Origin: Octopus bimaculoides
Lineage: Eukaryota
Assembly: GCF_001194135.2 (NCBI RefSeq)
Contig: NC_068999.1
Coordinates: 27,357,727 to 27,421,726 of the forward strand
Length of the DNA: 64,000 nucleotides
Direction of reading: 5' to 3'
Under the pieces are notes generated by a model that saw only the letters and a list, made by a program, of their open reading frames with translations, made no database searches and was not told the origin of the DNA. The position numbers and the translations under genes were made by a program. Of the stretch, positions 48,286 through 60,893 are shown piece by piece (the stretch's first letter is position 1; the number at the start of each line of letters is the position of its first letter).

Positions 48286-51200
48286 AATGTAAATATCTTG
48301 CAAAGAATGAAAGCATGGAAATTCGTCCTAACAATGCTTTATTCTGTAGTGATGAGTTTTTATCATGACAGGTTGACTGATTTACTTTCAGTTTGACTGT
48401 TTTAAAATAGGTCTGTGCTTTTCCATGCTTGTTTTGGATTTTTTGATTATATCTCTTCTGTAGAAGTACGGGGGTGGCGGTGTCTCCCCCTTTATATTTC
48501 TACTTACTTTTGTTTTTCAAGTATTGTAGTTATATTTGTGGTTTTACCAATAGATATTAAATATAAGATTGGAAGTGAAATATGATGTTCCCAGGTTTAT
48601 ATCAGAACACAGTTTTAGGATTTCTGCAGATTTTACTTTTCCATTTATAAGTTGGCTCCCAGCATCCTGAATGAGTATTCTTCACCTCAAGAATTTGTAA
48701 GCAGCAAACATATGAATTGTTAACGGCGAATGAAAGAATTGTTAGCAGCAAACTGATAAGTTGTATTTTCAATTTTATATTATTATCAATCATTCAATTT
48801 ATTTTCTTGCTTCCCACTACATTATAATGAACAAAGAAAAAATGGAAGTTGTACCAACAAAAAGTCCGAATGAAATGGCTTAAGATACTAGCATTTACTA
48901 AGTGGTTGTGTGAAGTACCTAGTGACCAATCTAAAGCACATTACAGATATTGTAGATTTAATATGTTGGCTAAATATTCCCTTTTAGTAAGCTATTGTGA
49001 AGCAAAGAAACAAGGCATCAACTCCACAGCAAATGATTCTTCTTAGCAATTTTATTAAAGCCAAAAATGATAAGACATCTATGCTGCTTGAAGTAAATTT
49101 AGCAATGTTTATTTGTTGCCGCTCATCATTTAATAACTGTGATCACTTAATAGAGTTATGTAAAAATAATATGTCTGATAATGATATTATATCCAAAGTG
49201 AAGTTGCATCGTACAAAATGTGCAAATATTGTGAGAAATGTTGTAGTTCCATATTTTGATGGCGATTTGATTTCTGATATAGGAGATAGAAAATTTAGCA
49301 TATTAGATGAATCCAATGATATATTGATAAATAAGTTGTTAGGAATTGTTATCATATATTACAGTGTCACTCACAAAAAAGTAGTACATACATATCTCAG
49401 TATGGTATCTTTAGAAACATGTGATGCAGATGGAATTGTAGAAGCCTTAAAAACTGATTTAACGAAAAAGAAATTAGATATAAAGTATTTACTGGGTATA
49501 CGAACTGACAACGCTAGAGCAATGACAGGAGTAAACAATGGTGTTTTTCAGAAATTAAAAGAAGTTCCATCATTAATTCTATTTAGATGTGTATGTCATT
49601 CTTTAGAGTTGGCAGTATCCCACACTTATGCTGAATGCCTGCCCATAAATTTAGAATTTTTACTATCCGAAACCTATAAATGGTTCTCTCATTCTTCAAC
49701 AAGACAAAGTGCCTACAAACACCTTTACTTTGCTATCAATGATAAAGAGCCTTTGAAGATTGTGAATTCTTGTACAACTAGGTGGCTGTCAAAAGAACCA
49801 GCTGTAAATAGAATTTTAAGCCAATAGTTTGAACTGCAAACTCACTTCCAAACTACAACTACAAAAGAAAAATGCTTTACAGCACTAACGTTACATGAAA
49901 TGTTTTGTGATTCTAGGAATGAACTTTACCTTTTATTTTTGCATCCAATTTTAAAACATGTTCAGGAAGTGAATAAACTTTGAATCAAACACTGTCGACA
50001 AAACAAAATTACTTGAAGATCTTTCAAATTTGATCAAATCTGTTGCCAATATGATAGTGTTGCCAACATGTAGAATTGATCCTCTTGATCCTGATTCTTC
50101 TATTGAAAACGTTTTGGATCCTAAACCAAATTTAGGCTACAGATTTGAGAGAAAGATAGCAGAAATGATTACCAAGAAGACTGTAACAGCCACCGAAGAA
50201 AATAATATTCGCAAAAGAGCACAACAATTTTTACTCTGCCTTTATAAAGAGCTCAAGCACCGTTTGCCAGAAAATATTAATATACTGAGGAATATCAAAT
50301 GTTTTTCAGTTGAGAATATTTTGCAGCATTTCAAAGAGCCAATTTTACCTGTCTTAGAAGCAATGCATTTAAATGAAGAAAAAATTGCTTCAATTGAAAT
50401 TAAGTTTAATAGCATACATGTAGTTAAATAGACAAATACGTCTAATACTGACGTATTCTGGCGGGAAGTCTTGCAATATAAAGATGCTACTGGAGGAAAT
50501 TCTTTTAGAGATGTTGCAAATTTTGCCATTAATCTATTGACATTGCCAAACTCAAATGCAGAAGGTGAGTGGTTGTTCAGTAGTATGGGTGTAATCAAAT
50601 CAAAATTGAAAAACAAAATGCATCTTTCTATGCTTAGATCAATACTGTCTCTAAAATATGGCCTGAAAAGATATTGCAAAAACTTCGATATTCCAAAACA
50701 CATAATTAACAAGATTGGGACTGTGAATATATACAGAAGTCAAGACCTAGGCACTGCAGCTGAAAGTAATCAAATCAGTGAAATTCAAGAAATTATTTCT
50801 CAATGCTGAATATAATTAAAAAAAGTAAATAAAAATGTAAATAAAAATTAAACTTTTTGATATAATTAGTCTTTAGCATTTTCTTTTTTCTTATTTAGCA
50901 TTTTTTAGCATTTTTTGTTTTGTATTTTTTCTCCTGAAATTTAGCATAAAATTGTGATTTTTAAGTTGGCAACACTGCATATCGAGCTATATTTATATGT
51001 ATAAACGTTATTGTTTTTTTCTGTTTCGTTTTGTTTTCCAGGCGCTGATTTCTCATTTCAAATGCCAGGGTTCGAATTATTTTCTCAGATGTAGTTCTTA
51101 AAGATTGAAAGAGAAAAAAATTCTTCATAACTGGTTAAATCGTTTATGCCGCTGGAAGCATCATATTTCTTGATAATTAAATTCTGATGTTTAAAGATAA

Positions 51201-51449
51201 TGTTACGACTCTTTTGCTTTGAATACTCATATGCCACAATGAATTGTTTCTATTAATTTGCAAGTCATGTCAAAATATTTTTAACTTTGCATGAATCCAA
51301 CTGATTTCCTTCGTTTTTATATCAGATTTATGGAATTTTATGTTAATTCGTTTATATTTAATGTGTTCTTAACAATAATTTTTTTAAAAAGTTGTATCTA
51401 ATTCTGGCTGTCCTTGTCTGAAAAATACATATGGTGGAAAGATAGATTA

Positions 51450-51660
51450 CAAGGCTAATTATTGATGATTTATTCTATATCAAACAAGCAAACGTACATT
51501 ACAGAGACGAATGAGACAATGATATTATGTTACTGAAACCTACCCATAAGTAATTTATAATATTCCTTATATTTACAACGTTTCAGTAACTTAATATCAT
51601 TCTGATAGTCATCTCTATAAAACATGTTTGCCTGTTTGATATAAAATAATCAATAGCTTG
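51450..51660. repeat. Degenerate inverted repeat (arms about 80-90 bp, spacer about 40 bp)
   Basis: tatatcaaacaagcaaac...aatgatattatgttactgaaac versus gtttcagtaacttaatatcatt...gtttgcctgtttgatata. Confidence 0.8.
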
Positions 51661-52106
51661 ACACATTTACTGCATTACCTCAACGTACTTATAGTAAGAG
51701 CAAATCAACAGAACACTGATGTCTTTTTCAACGCCCATTTTGATTTCCATTTCAATCATACAACTAGTTATATGATGATTATGATGATGGATCCACCTGT
51801 CGGTTTTGACGTTTAGAATTTCGTTGTTCTATTAACTAAATTAACTACTCATTAAATTATGACGCAAGTAGGTGAGTATTTCACAGACGTAGGTACCACT
51901 AACGTAGTACTCGGGTAAAACCAACGACATAATATAGGACTAAGACTTGTATTATAGGTGTTACTCATCTAACGGACTTCCAAACAGTTTCCGTCTTCCT
52001 GATTTCATTCACAAGCCTTCAGTCGAGGATATCAGTGACATAGAACCCGGGACCTCACAATCGTTTAGTCCAATTGAACAACTTGGCATGTCTGCACTAA
52101 TTTCTT

Positions 52107-52141
<35 letters not shown>

Positions 52142-52553
52142 NNNNNNNNNNNNNNNNNNNNNNNNNNNNNNNNNNNNNNNNNNNNNNNNNNNNNNNNNNN
52201 NNNNNNNNNNNNNNNNNNNNNNNNNNNNNNNNNNNNNNNNNNNNNNNNNNNNNNNNNNNNNNNNNNNNNNNNNNNNNNNNNNNNNNNNNNNNNNNNNNNN
52301 NNNNNNNNNNNNNNNNNNNNNNNNNNNNNNNNNNNNNNNNNNNNNNNNNNNNNNNNNNNNNNNNNNNNNNNNNNNNNNNNNNNNNNNNNNNNNNNNNNNN
52401 NNNNNNNNNNNNNNNNNNNNNNNNNNNNNNNNNNNNNNNNNNNNNNNNNNNNNNNNNNNNNNNNNNNNNNNNNNNNNNNNNNNNNNNNNNNNNNNNNNNN
52501 NNNNNNNNNNNNNNNNNNNNNNNNNNNNNNNNNNNNNNNNNNNNNNNNNNNNN

Positions 52554-52593
<40 letters not shown>

Positions 52594-52763
52594 GCACGAA
52601 TACATATATACATGTGTGTGTGCATGAGTGTGTGTGTGTACATAAAACAGAAAGGACTCAAAGACTGGAGATTTTCAGACGATGAATGTTTAAGTATAAA
52701 TATATAAATATTTATATATAAATATTTATATATTAATAGATGAGACTTACACAGAGTACAAAC

Positions 52764-53139
52764 GACAGAGAGAATTAAAGGGGAGGAGGCAACGTGTTAT
52801 AAGCCATCAGTTGTTTCTGGGAGCTCAGAGATCTACCATAATGTTGGTAGATGGAGTGCACCGAAATATGCAGCCAGTAATGCAAACAAATAAACATTGG
52901 TAAATCGAGCCTCTGTCATCAGAGTAGAAAAAAATTTTGCATTTCAGATGTAGAGGATCTGAAATGTAAGAAAATTTTCTACCCTGATGACAGAGGCTCG
53001 ATTTACCAATGTTTATTTGTTTGCATTACTGGCTGCATATTTTGGTGAACTACATCTACCAATATTATGACGGATCTCTCGGCTGCCAGAAACAGTTTTT
53101 GGACTTATAACACCTTACCTCCTCTCCTTTAATTTTGTC
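52764..53139. repeat. Long hairpin, arms about 185 bp, 7-nt loop
   Basis: 52764-52949 pairs with 52957-53139; perfect 59-bp core (52864-52922 with 52984-53042). Confidence 0.92.
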
Positions 53140-53309
53140 TACCAGCATACCATATCGTACAAAATACAGACAGTCTTATTAATGATAGAAAATGGCGCAT
53201 CAAAACAATAAGAGAAATCATTGATAAATGTTAGCAATAGTTGAAATATATGTACATACATAGAAATGAAGCACTTGTAAAGCCTCGGTTGAAAATATCA
53301 TCAGCCATG

Positions 53310-53346
<37 letters not shown>

Positions 53347-53545
53347 AACGTAAATTTCCCAAGTGGTTAAGAGGGATATATAATGCTAGCAGATACGGTG
53401 TTCGCTCTTATCGGCTATCAATGCTGGCTAACCACAGTGAATGCAGATAAACTCCAATTAGTTAAAATTTACTATACTTGGTTAATCATCATTTGGTAAA
53501 TCCAAATGTCCCTATAAGGCTGCATAGTGTCCGTAGAGAAAAATA

Positions 53546-54706
53546 GTAAAATTAAAATCAGGAAAACAGATTTACACATCCAAGTTTTATTTAACAGTTA
53601 ATCACATCTTCCTTCGTCAAGACCTAAGAAACATTTCCGCTGCAAGCCGGTGCACACTGTTATATGTGCATCTTATTGTTAACTATCGGAGCAACTTCAT
53701 CATGATTTACTTTATAGATTGGATACCGTAAGCTTGACCAAAATTATTCTCTAATGTGGCGTTAGCGTTACTAAAAAGAGTCGAACATTTCGTGAACTTT
53801 ATATTACCCTGGCCACTTCAAAATTTATTGCTACCTCCAGTCTTAAATTAGGTCAATGCTCAAGAATTTTCCTATGGTTCTTAATTCATATTCTAGCTTT
53901 CTATTCCACCTATGTAGAATAGTATTCTTTTTTTTTTCAAATGTGTTAAATTATTTTTTGGGTTGTTAATATTAATATTATTATTAGGTCTATTTTCTTG
54001 TTATTTTGAAAAAATAATTTAATTTAATATTTTCCTTGTAGTTAATTTTATTCAACTTAAACTTCGTTTTCAACTCTAAATTTTTTTCAGTTTAATTTAT
54101 GTAGGAGTTTACATTTAAGTTGATTATTTGTTATAATTTACTTAATTCTAATTCTAATTTTAGTAGGTCATATCGTGCAATTATTTAAACCTCTTAAAGG
54201 TATATTTCAAATGTTGTACACAACTTACTGCGCTTTCCTGTCTATGGTTTATCAATTTAAATTTTGAGGTAAGAATTTGGTAAATTTCTTCTACACACAA
54301 TTCACAACGTTTGCTCCTTCAACAATATGGTTTAGCTCTACTAATTATCTCCCAGCTAATTGTGTATGCTTCATTATTATCTTTTAGCGACCAAATTAAT
54401 TTACTTAAACTCGTATTATTTTTCTTATTTTTATCCTTAAACGATAGTTCGTGATTAATTATTGTACGTTTACTAAAGGTCTCGCTAGAACCTATGTAGA
54501 AATACATGAGTTCATTTAAAATTACTTTAGATCTGTAGACAGCGTCTTTAACTTTGCAGTTTAATTCTAGCAGGCATAGTTTGTTTTGCGCAATCACACT
54601 GTGCACTGACTAGCAGTGGAAACGTAGGTCTTGACGAAGAAAGACGCGATTAACTGTAATGTAAAATTTGGATGTGTAAATATCTGTTCTCCTGATTTTA
54701 ATTTCA
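53546..54706 (-). mobile_element. 5'-truncated PLE (GIY-YIG and 3' tail) bounded by about 110-bp inverted repeats
   Basis: VYRSKV...FYIGSSETFSKR...TSLSKLIWSLKDNNEAYTISWEIISRAKPYC (54606-54319); IRs at 53546-53656 and 54601-54706. Confidence 0.8.
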
Positions 54707-55049
54707 TCGTGTGGGGGTGCGTGCGTGTGTGTGTGTGTGCATGAGAAAATGAAGAAAATGGAGAAATTGACGTATGGACATCAATTTATTCAAAAGATAT
54801 TCCAACCAATATGAAATGAAATTTTGATCCCTATAGCCGTTTCAATACCCAGTTAGTTCAATTAAAGAAATTAAATTAATTTAATCTAAAATTTTCAAAG
54901 GTTAAATGTACAAATGAGGAAAAGAATATACAAAATATGACAACCAATGTATTACTACGTTCTTCTAATTATCTTCATAGGATTAGGACTATGCGTCAAA
55001 AACATAACCCATATACATTTAATAACATTCGAAAATTTGAAAATCATAA

Positions 55050-55790
55050 TGCATCTCTAAATAAGAACGATATTATTTGATTTATAATTCCATTCGCTGA
55101 GCAAATTAAGAATAATTTAGTTGGAGCCTTATACAAACTTTTTACTAAACACTTTACAAAAGAGAATAGATATTATTATATCATTAACCTTAAACTTCTT
55201 AAAGTTGCCTTCTTGTATCAAATAATTTGTTCTAGATCATTTTTTCAACTAACGAAAAAAATTACCTATTTTTTATAATAATTGTAACCGTAGAAAATGC
55301 AACAAAGGTAATGCCCTTAGAATAAATGGTAGTAGGAAATGTGTACTTGAATTGTCTAGTGTACAAGGGGAAACAACCCAAATTAAATTCCATCTCAACC
55401 TCTTGAGTGTAGGTAATATAGCAAATAGCAATAATACTGAAGGTAATGATATAAAACGGAATAATAATACGAGTAGCGATGAAAATATACTTTGTAATTG
55501 CAAGGTTAGCAGTAAATGTTTGTTAAAAAAAAAAAGTTATTGTAAACAAAAAAATGTTCTTTACAGATGTAAAGTAAAATCTGAAGATAAGAATTTCTTT
55601 TACGTAGAGGCAACGCAAAATTTTATCAAGAGACGAATATATAACCATATTTACACCTTTAACAATAGGAAAAAGTCTTCTAGTACCAGCCTCAGCAAAT
55701 TTATCTGGGACCTAAAAGACAAGAAAAAGTTTTTCTGTGGATGGAAAATTATAAGCAAGGCTGCTGCTTGGTAATTCTTCCTGTTTTCTC
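55050..55790 (+). mobile_element. PLE (Naiad-type) GIY-YIG remnant
   Basis: FIIPFAEQIKNNL...KHFTKENRYY; LCNCKVSSKC...NVLYRCKV...FYVEAT...STSLSKFIWDLKD. Confidence 0.8.
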
Positions 55791-56721
55791 TGCCTTGAAG
55801 AGTTGTACCAAATCCTTATTTCCTTGTGGCGCCTCTTAAATACGAGAATTGAGACTGGTTTTTCATGTATTCATGCATGTAAAGTGTCTCTCAAAAACTA
55901 CCATTAGAAGTTTTATTTTCATAAATAGATCAATTATATATTAAACATGTTAATACTTAGAATCGGTCGGCATTTCATGTTTAGTACTTCTATAGCTGTT
56001 TAGAATTAAATAATTCCTAGTAGGAATCATATAAATATTAAATATTATATTAAATATCAATGATAAAGTATTAATACTTCATCTTATATACGAGGAAGGT
56101 AACTGATTTTATGTACTCCTGCATGTTTATGGTATTCGAAAAACTACAATGGGATATAATATTATTATTATTATTATAAATGATTAATTATATATCATAA
56201 CTACTTGAATTTTAAATCTGTTGATACTTTACGTTTTATTACATTACCATCTGTAAATATAAGCATTAAAGAGTGCTTAGTAGATACAATATTGATATAA
56301 AGAGATTAAATGGTAAAAATGTATATTAAGTTTCCTGAACAGGTGACAATATCATTGTGATTGCTATAAATTCAATTAAGCACGTTTGTCATGAATATGT
56401 AGATGCTATTTTATAATATAATTTATTAAACTATGTTAGAAGTAAACGTATTGATTTGTGGTGATTGTAGCTTTAGTAATTTTTAATATAATAATAATAA
56501 TAAATTTTTATCAATTGTATTAGGTAACGTTTAAGTTCTCCTTTGTTTACATAGTTGTAATGACCATAACATTTGCACACAAAAATGGACGACGCGATGT
56601 TGTAATATGATAAATAATTAGCAGATTTTGATACGTCATATTTTTTTGTTGGTTTCCATATTTTGACAAACGCACGCGCTATTATGTGATGAATGTTACT
56701 GTTTTCTCTCCCCCACACCCT

Positions 56722-56753
<32 letters not shown>

Positions 56754-57554
56754 CAACTTATATATTATGGTTGCATTACTAAATACCGTGTCCTTACAAG
56801 TTATAAATATTTACATACCAGCTTCCACGAATGTGTTTAATATGTAAATTGATATATCCAATAACGTTTCACCGCTATATTTAGTGGATATTTAAGCAAT
56901 GAGTTTGTGCATGATTAATGGGTTGGATGGGTGGTGCTGAAGGAGCAAAAACTCCTGAAATGTGTCCTGTATACACCCATTACCCATTTTTCATCTTCGA
57001 TTTCATTGTTGTTGTTGTTTACACCAGGCGTCTCGAAATCGAAACGTCCTAACAAAATCAGTCCTGGCTATAATTTTTAATAGAAAATCTGTTGAGATAA
57101 CCTTAACAAGTAATGACATTGTTGATACGAGTAGCTGTATGTAGTCAATACTCTGTTTAGGGTGTAGGTTTATAATTTTCCGTCGTTTAGGTAAATATAT
57201 ATAATTTGTATATATAATTGTATATGAAATTCGTCCGGTACCAGAGCTTTTGAATCTTAGATTTTCTTAAAACTTTTAACTTACTCAAATGGTAGAAAAG
57301 GGTCAAAATCAAAGTCATGGATATACTACAAATATACTGTACAAATATTGTATTTGTCCTCTTCTTCGTGTTGGATGTATTATTTTGTACATGTTATGAA
57401 AGCTTCCCTTTGAGTTTATAGTTTAATTTTATCGGTGTATAAAATCAGATATGTGTACTGTGTTATGGTTGTAAAAATGTTTCCTAATTCATTACGTCGT
57501 AAAAGTTGGTTATAGCGAAAAAATATTTTAGACCCATAACGAGGTTCATTACAC

Positions 57555-58050
57555 CGTTAATAGCTTTTATTGAATTTTAAATTTCTATGTTGTTTACAAG
57601 GTTTGTTTTTGAGTGCTTCATTAAAGTTTCTTAAAATTTGTCTTGCGCAGAAATTTATAAATGCTATTATATTTGCATGAATATCTTGGAAAACAGGATT
57701 TAGGGACATTTGAGTGTGGGTCATGCAGATTCGACTCATATTCACTTTTGTATAGCGTTAGTAAAAGGAACGAATATTTTTCTGCGATGAACTTACAGCG
57801 TTCAGCAGATTTCATCGTCACACGTTATCAAGCCTAATGATGCCTTATGGTCGAAAAGAATATTTAAGACTGGAGGAAAGTAGCATAGACAAGAGACCTA
57901 CTTTCAGAAACTATGTGAACCTCCAACTTTCAAACATGAGTTGTAGTCATTTTACTTCCCTAACAATGGGGTTATTACTCTTTAAGTATGAATACCGCGA
58001 TGTTATACGCAACCTTAGAAAACCGAATCATTGTATGACAGTAGAGTTAA
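57555..58050 (-). mobile_element. Possible P-element/THAP9-like transposase C-terminal remnant
   Basis: Weak motifs only (KSNNPIVRE; HANIIAFINFCARQILRNFNEALK). Confidence 0.25.
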
Positions 58051-58499
58051 ATGGTTTCTATATGGAATGAAAAACGATCTTGCAATGTTTTGTTCACATT
58101 ACACTAAAATTATCTATGAAACTAAACACACAGCAAAATCAAATTATTTTATTTTATTTATTTATTTTGCTCTTTTCCACAGATCTCCCATGAAGATGTG
58201 GAAAATCACAAATATTTCCCTCGTGACTTTACTTTTGCTACACACTGTGTAAGTATATCTCTCCAAAGATACCACAAAGTATTTCTCCTTATAGCCTCTA
58301 TATAAATTGCAGAAACTGTTTTTTACTATCTTGTTTGAAAAACAATTAAAAAATATAAACCACATAAAATCTTTAAAATTCTGTATTCCAAGAGTATAAA
58401 TATGCACTTTTCATATCAAAATATTTTGTTTATAAGCGTGCACACACTGTTTGATAGCGTATTTAATATTTCGCATTGGGTTTTGTATAAGGTGATTAA

Positions 58500-59050
58500 T
58501 CTGTGTATATTATTGTATATAAACTCTTTGATCCATTGACACACGGTGCGAACCGTTTCATGATGCTCCATTTGAGGGAAAGATTCGCGCATAAGTTAAT
58601 GGCTCAAAGATCAGCAGACTTTGTTTAGCCTCAAGGTCTTATATCCTATTTAGATATACGAATTCTATTGACCAGCTGAATCCTAGATCTGAAACTTTCA
58701 TTAAATGTAAGCATATCCACAAGATTCTATTATTGAACTGGAAAACACCACCCTCTCTAGACTAAACTTGCAGTTGCACAAACTTTCTCCTTTCCCAATG
58801 AAATTAAATACACCAACCATCCTAGCGGGACAAAGGGCTGCAAGTTACTTTACTTTCATATTTCTTTTTTCTTTCTTCTCATTCCCATTTTCTTTTTATC
58901 TTTTTCCTTTCTTCCTTTCCCGTCCTTTCTCACTTTATTTTGAAAAGCAGCTATGTTGCTAAGAAATACAAGGTACGCTATACAAGCTTATCCGACCATT
59001 GCATTTTCAGAGGCATGAAACAAACAGTAGCTCCAATTTAATTCCTGTAT
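58500..59050 (-). mobile_element. Highly decayed PLE GIY-YIG remnant
   Basis: GRISLYS..PCIS; LCNCKFSLERVVFSSSI...GYAYI; LKWSIMKRFAPCVNGSK. Confidence 0.55.
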
Positions 59051-59194
59051 ATAGTAAATGGTATTTATCTTTCACTGGATGAAGTACTTTTTGCTGATGC
59101 TATCAATAATGGAGCAGAACGTTACACACACACGCGCGCGCGCGCGCGCACACACACACATACACACACATGTATGTATTTATGTATGTATGTC

Positions 59195-60357
59195 CTTATT
59201 CAGCTTTATTTCAAGATTTCTTGCCAATAGAGAAAGAGCCGGTTTCTAACCTAGATCTAAGGTTCCTTCATTGGAATGTCAACAACATCAACAGGCTATT
59301 TTTGCATGCATGTATGTAAACATGCAGATTCGTATGTTTTGTTTTATGTATGTATTCTCATGCATATGCTTGCATATCTAGACATGTTCATATATACTTA
59401 AATGATAAACTTCTGGATAAAATTCTGTTTTATAGATTTTTACAGTTCCAGTGATGGATTGGATCTGTAGTCTTCTAATCAGCTTTCTCCTTTCTAGTTT
59501 AGAGAACCCTAATTTCTCTAGATTGTTATTTAGGCAGTGTGTTACATATATCAGGGCGCCAATAATTACAGGTATCAACCTGAACTTATAATCTGGATAG
59601 AGTAACTGCCGATCAGCAAATTCACTGATCATTTTTTTCACTAACATCTGCTGGGCAGCTAGTTTCTACAATTGCACACAGTTTCTCTTCTCTATCCCAA
59701 ATCATTATATCAGGTGGTCTGTTGTGCTTACGCTTTATTGAGGTCTTCACTGGGACATTCCACCGGTATTCCTCTACATTATAAATTGCTATGGCTTCTT
59801 CCGTACTGTGGGTTCTTATTTTTTTGTCCTCAGGGCTATCTTTCCGACGTATATCATTACAGAGTGTCCTAGCCACAACATCATGTCTCATCGGTAGATA
59901 ATACCGTGATGACATTTTCGGACAACTGCTTATGATTGGATGATATCTTCAGTGTTATCTCCACAAAGTCTGCACCAGTTGTCACATTTTACTGCTTTTC
60001 CTGCATCTCTATCCCTTTTGTGCATCAGGTACTTGGTTGATACTTCCTGTTCCTGGACTGCAAACGCATACCCTTCAAAGTGGGAGGCTATAATCCGGCT
60101 ATTGGTCCATGATAGATTTCTTTTATGATCAATGTTACTCTCATCTCGGAGCTTTCTACTAACATATCTATGAATAGTTTTCTGTATAAATAGGCTCGGC
60201 CTTTTATATGATAATACAGCGCGGTTGAGTTGTGCGACTTCTTTGGGCGTGTATTCTAGGTTATCAGACAAAGAATATTGCGCAAGGAGCTCCCTTTCAA
60301 GTCTTACGATGTCATCAGCCTCATGTATGCAAACTTGGTCAAGGGATGCATGTAAGT
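59195..60357 (-). mobile_element. R4/Dong-clade RLE-LINE 3' part, copy 2, including 3' UTR with aataaa
   Basis: Colinear with copy 1 (32046-33070); ORFs 59930-60271, 59622-59915, 59378-59647. Confidence 0.88.
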
Positions 60358-60893
60358 CTGTAGTCTCGGATTAGCTTTGTCCTTTCTGGTTTGAAGAAGC
60401 TTAATTTCTCAAGACTGGTATTACGCAGTGTGTTACATATTCCTGGAACCCATTCATTACAAGTATCAAACTGAACTTATAATCTGGATAGAGCATCTGC
60501 AGGTTTCTCAATAGTTCAACGTATGTGTTCTCTTTTGCACACAGTTCCTCTTCCCAATCCCAAATCATATATCAGGTTAGTTGTGCTTACATTTTATTGA
60601 GGTTTTCATTAGGACATTTCACTAGTTCTTTTTATTATGGGTGGCTATGGTTTCTACCATACTGTAGGTTCTTATTTCTGTCCTCGGGGGTATCTTTCCG
60701 ACGGATTTCATTATATAGTGTCCTAGCTACAACATCATGTCTCATTGGTAGATAATACCGTGATAACATTTTCGGGCAACTGCTTATGATGTGGGTGATA
60801 TTTTTTGCAAAGTCTGCATCGGTTGTCACATTTTACTGCTTTTCCTGCATCTCTATCCCTTTTGTGCATCAGGTATTCGGTTGACATTTCTTG
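60357..60893 (-). mobile_element. R4/Dong-clade RLE-LINE fragment, copy 3, head-to-tail with copy 2
   Basis: QEMSTEYLMHKRDRDAGKAVKCDNRCRLC...HIISSCPKMLSRYYLPMRHDVVA; 3' truncated at actacaga. Confidence 0.85.

Larger units (their letters stand above)
46566..50977 (+). mobile_element. hAT-superfamily (Tip100-like) transposon with decayed transposase, carrying a nested mariner
   Basis: Imperfect TIRs tagggttgccaattt (46566) and aagttggcaacactg (50977); subterminal TAGCAT repeats at both ends; ORF pieces 48849-50809: KLHRTKC...FSILDES...GIRTDNA...RCVCHSLELA...TTRWLS...LLTLPNSNAEGEWLFS; no TSD. Confidence 0.85.

Noticed and set aside
46558-50985. 8-bp TSD for the hAT element
   Set aside because: Flanks tttaggca and catatcga do not match
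51015-51100. Polypyrimidine tract plus AG resembling a splice acceptor of a host exon
   Set aside because: No recognisable coding sequence or supported donor; cannot be distinguished from chance without RNA data
52984-53010. ctgatgacagaggctcg inside the long hairpin as a hammerhead core
   Set aside because: Followed by gattt rather than GAAA; no stem III or cleavage triplet
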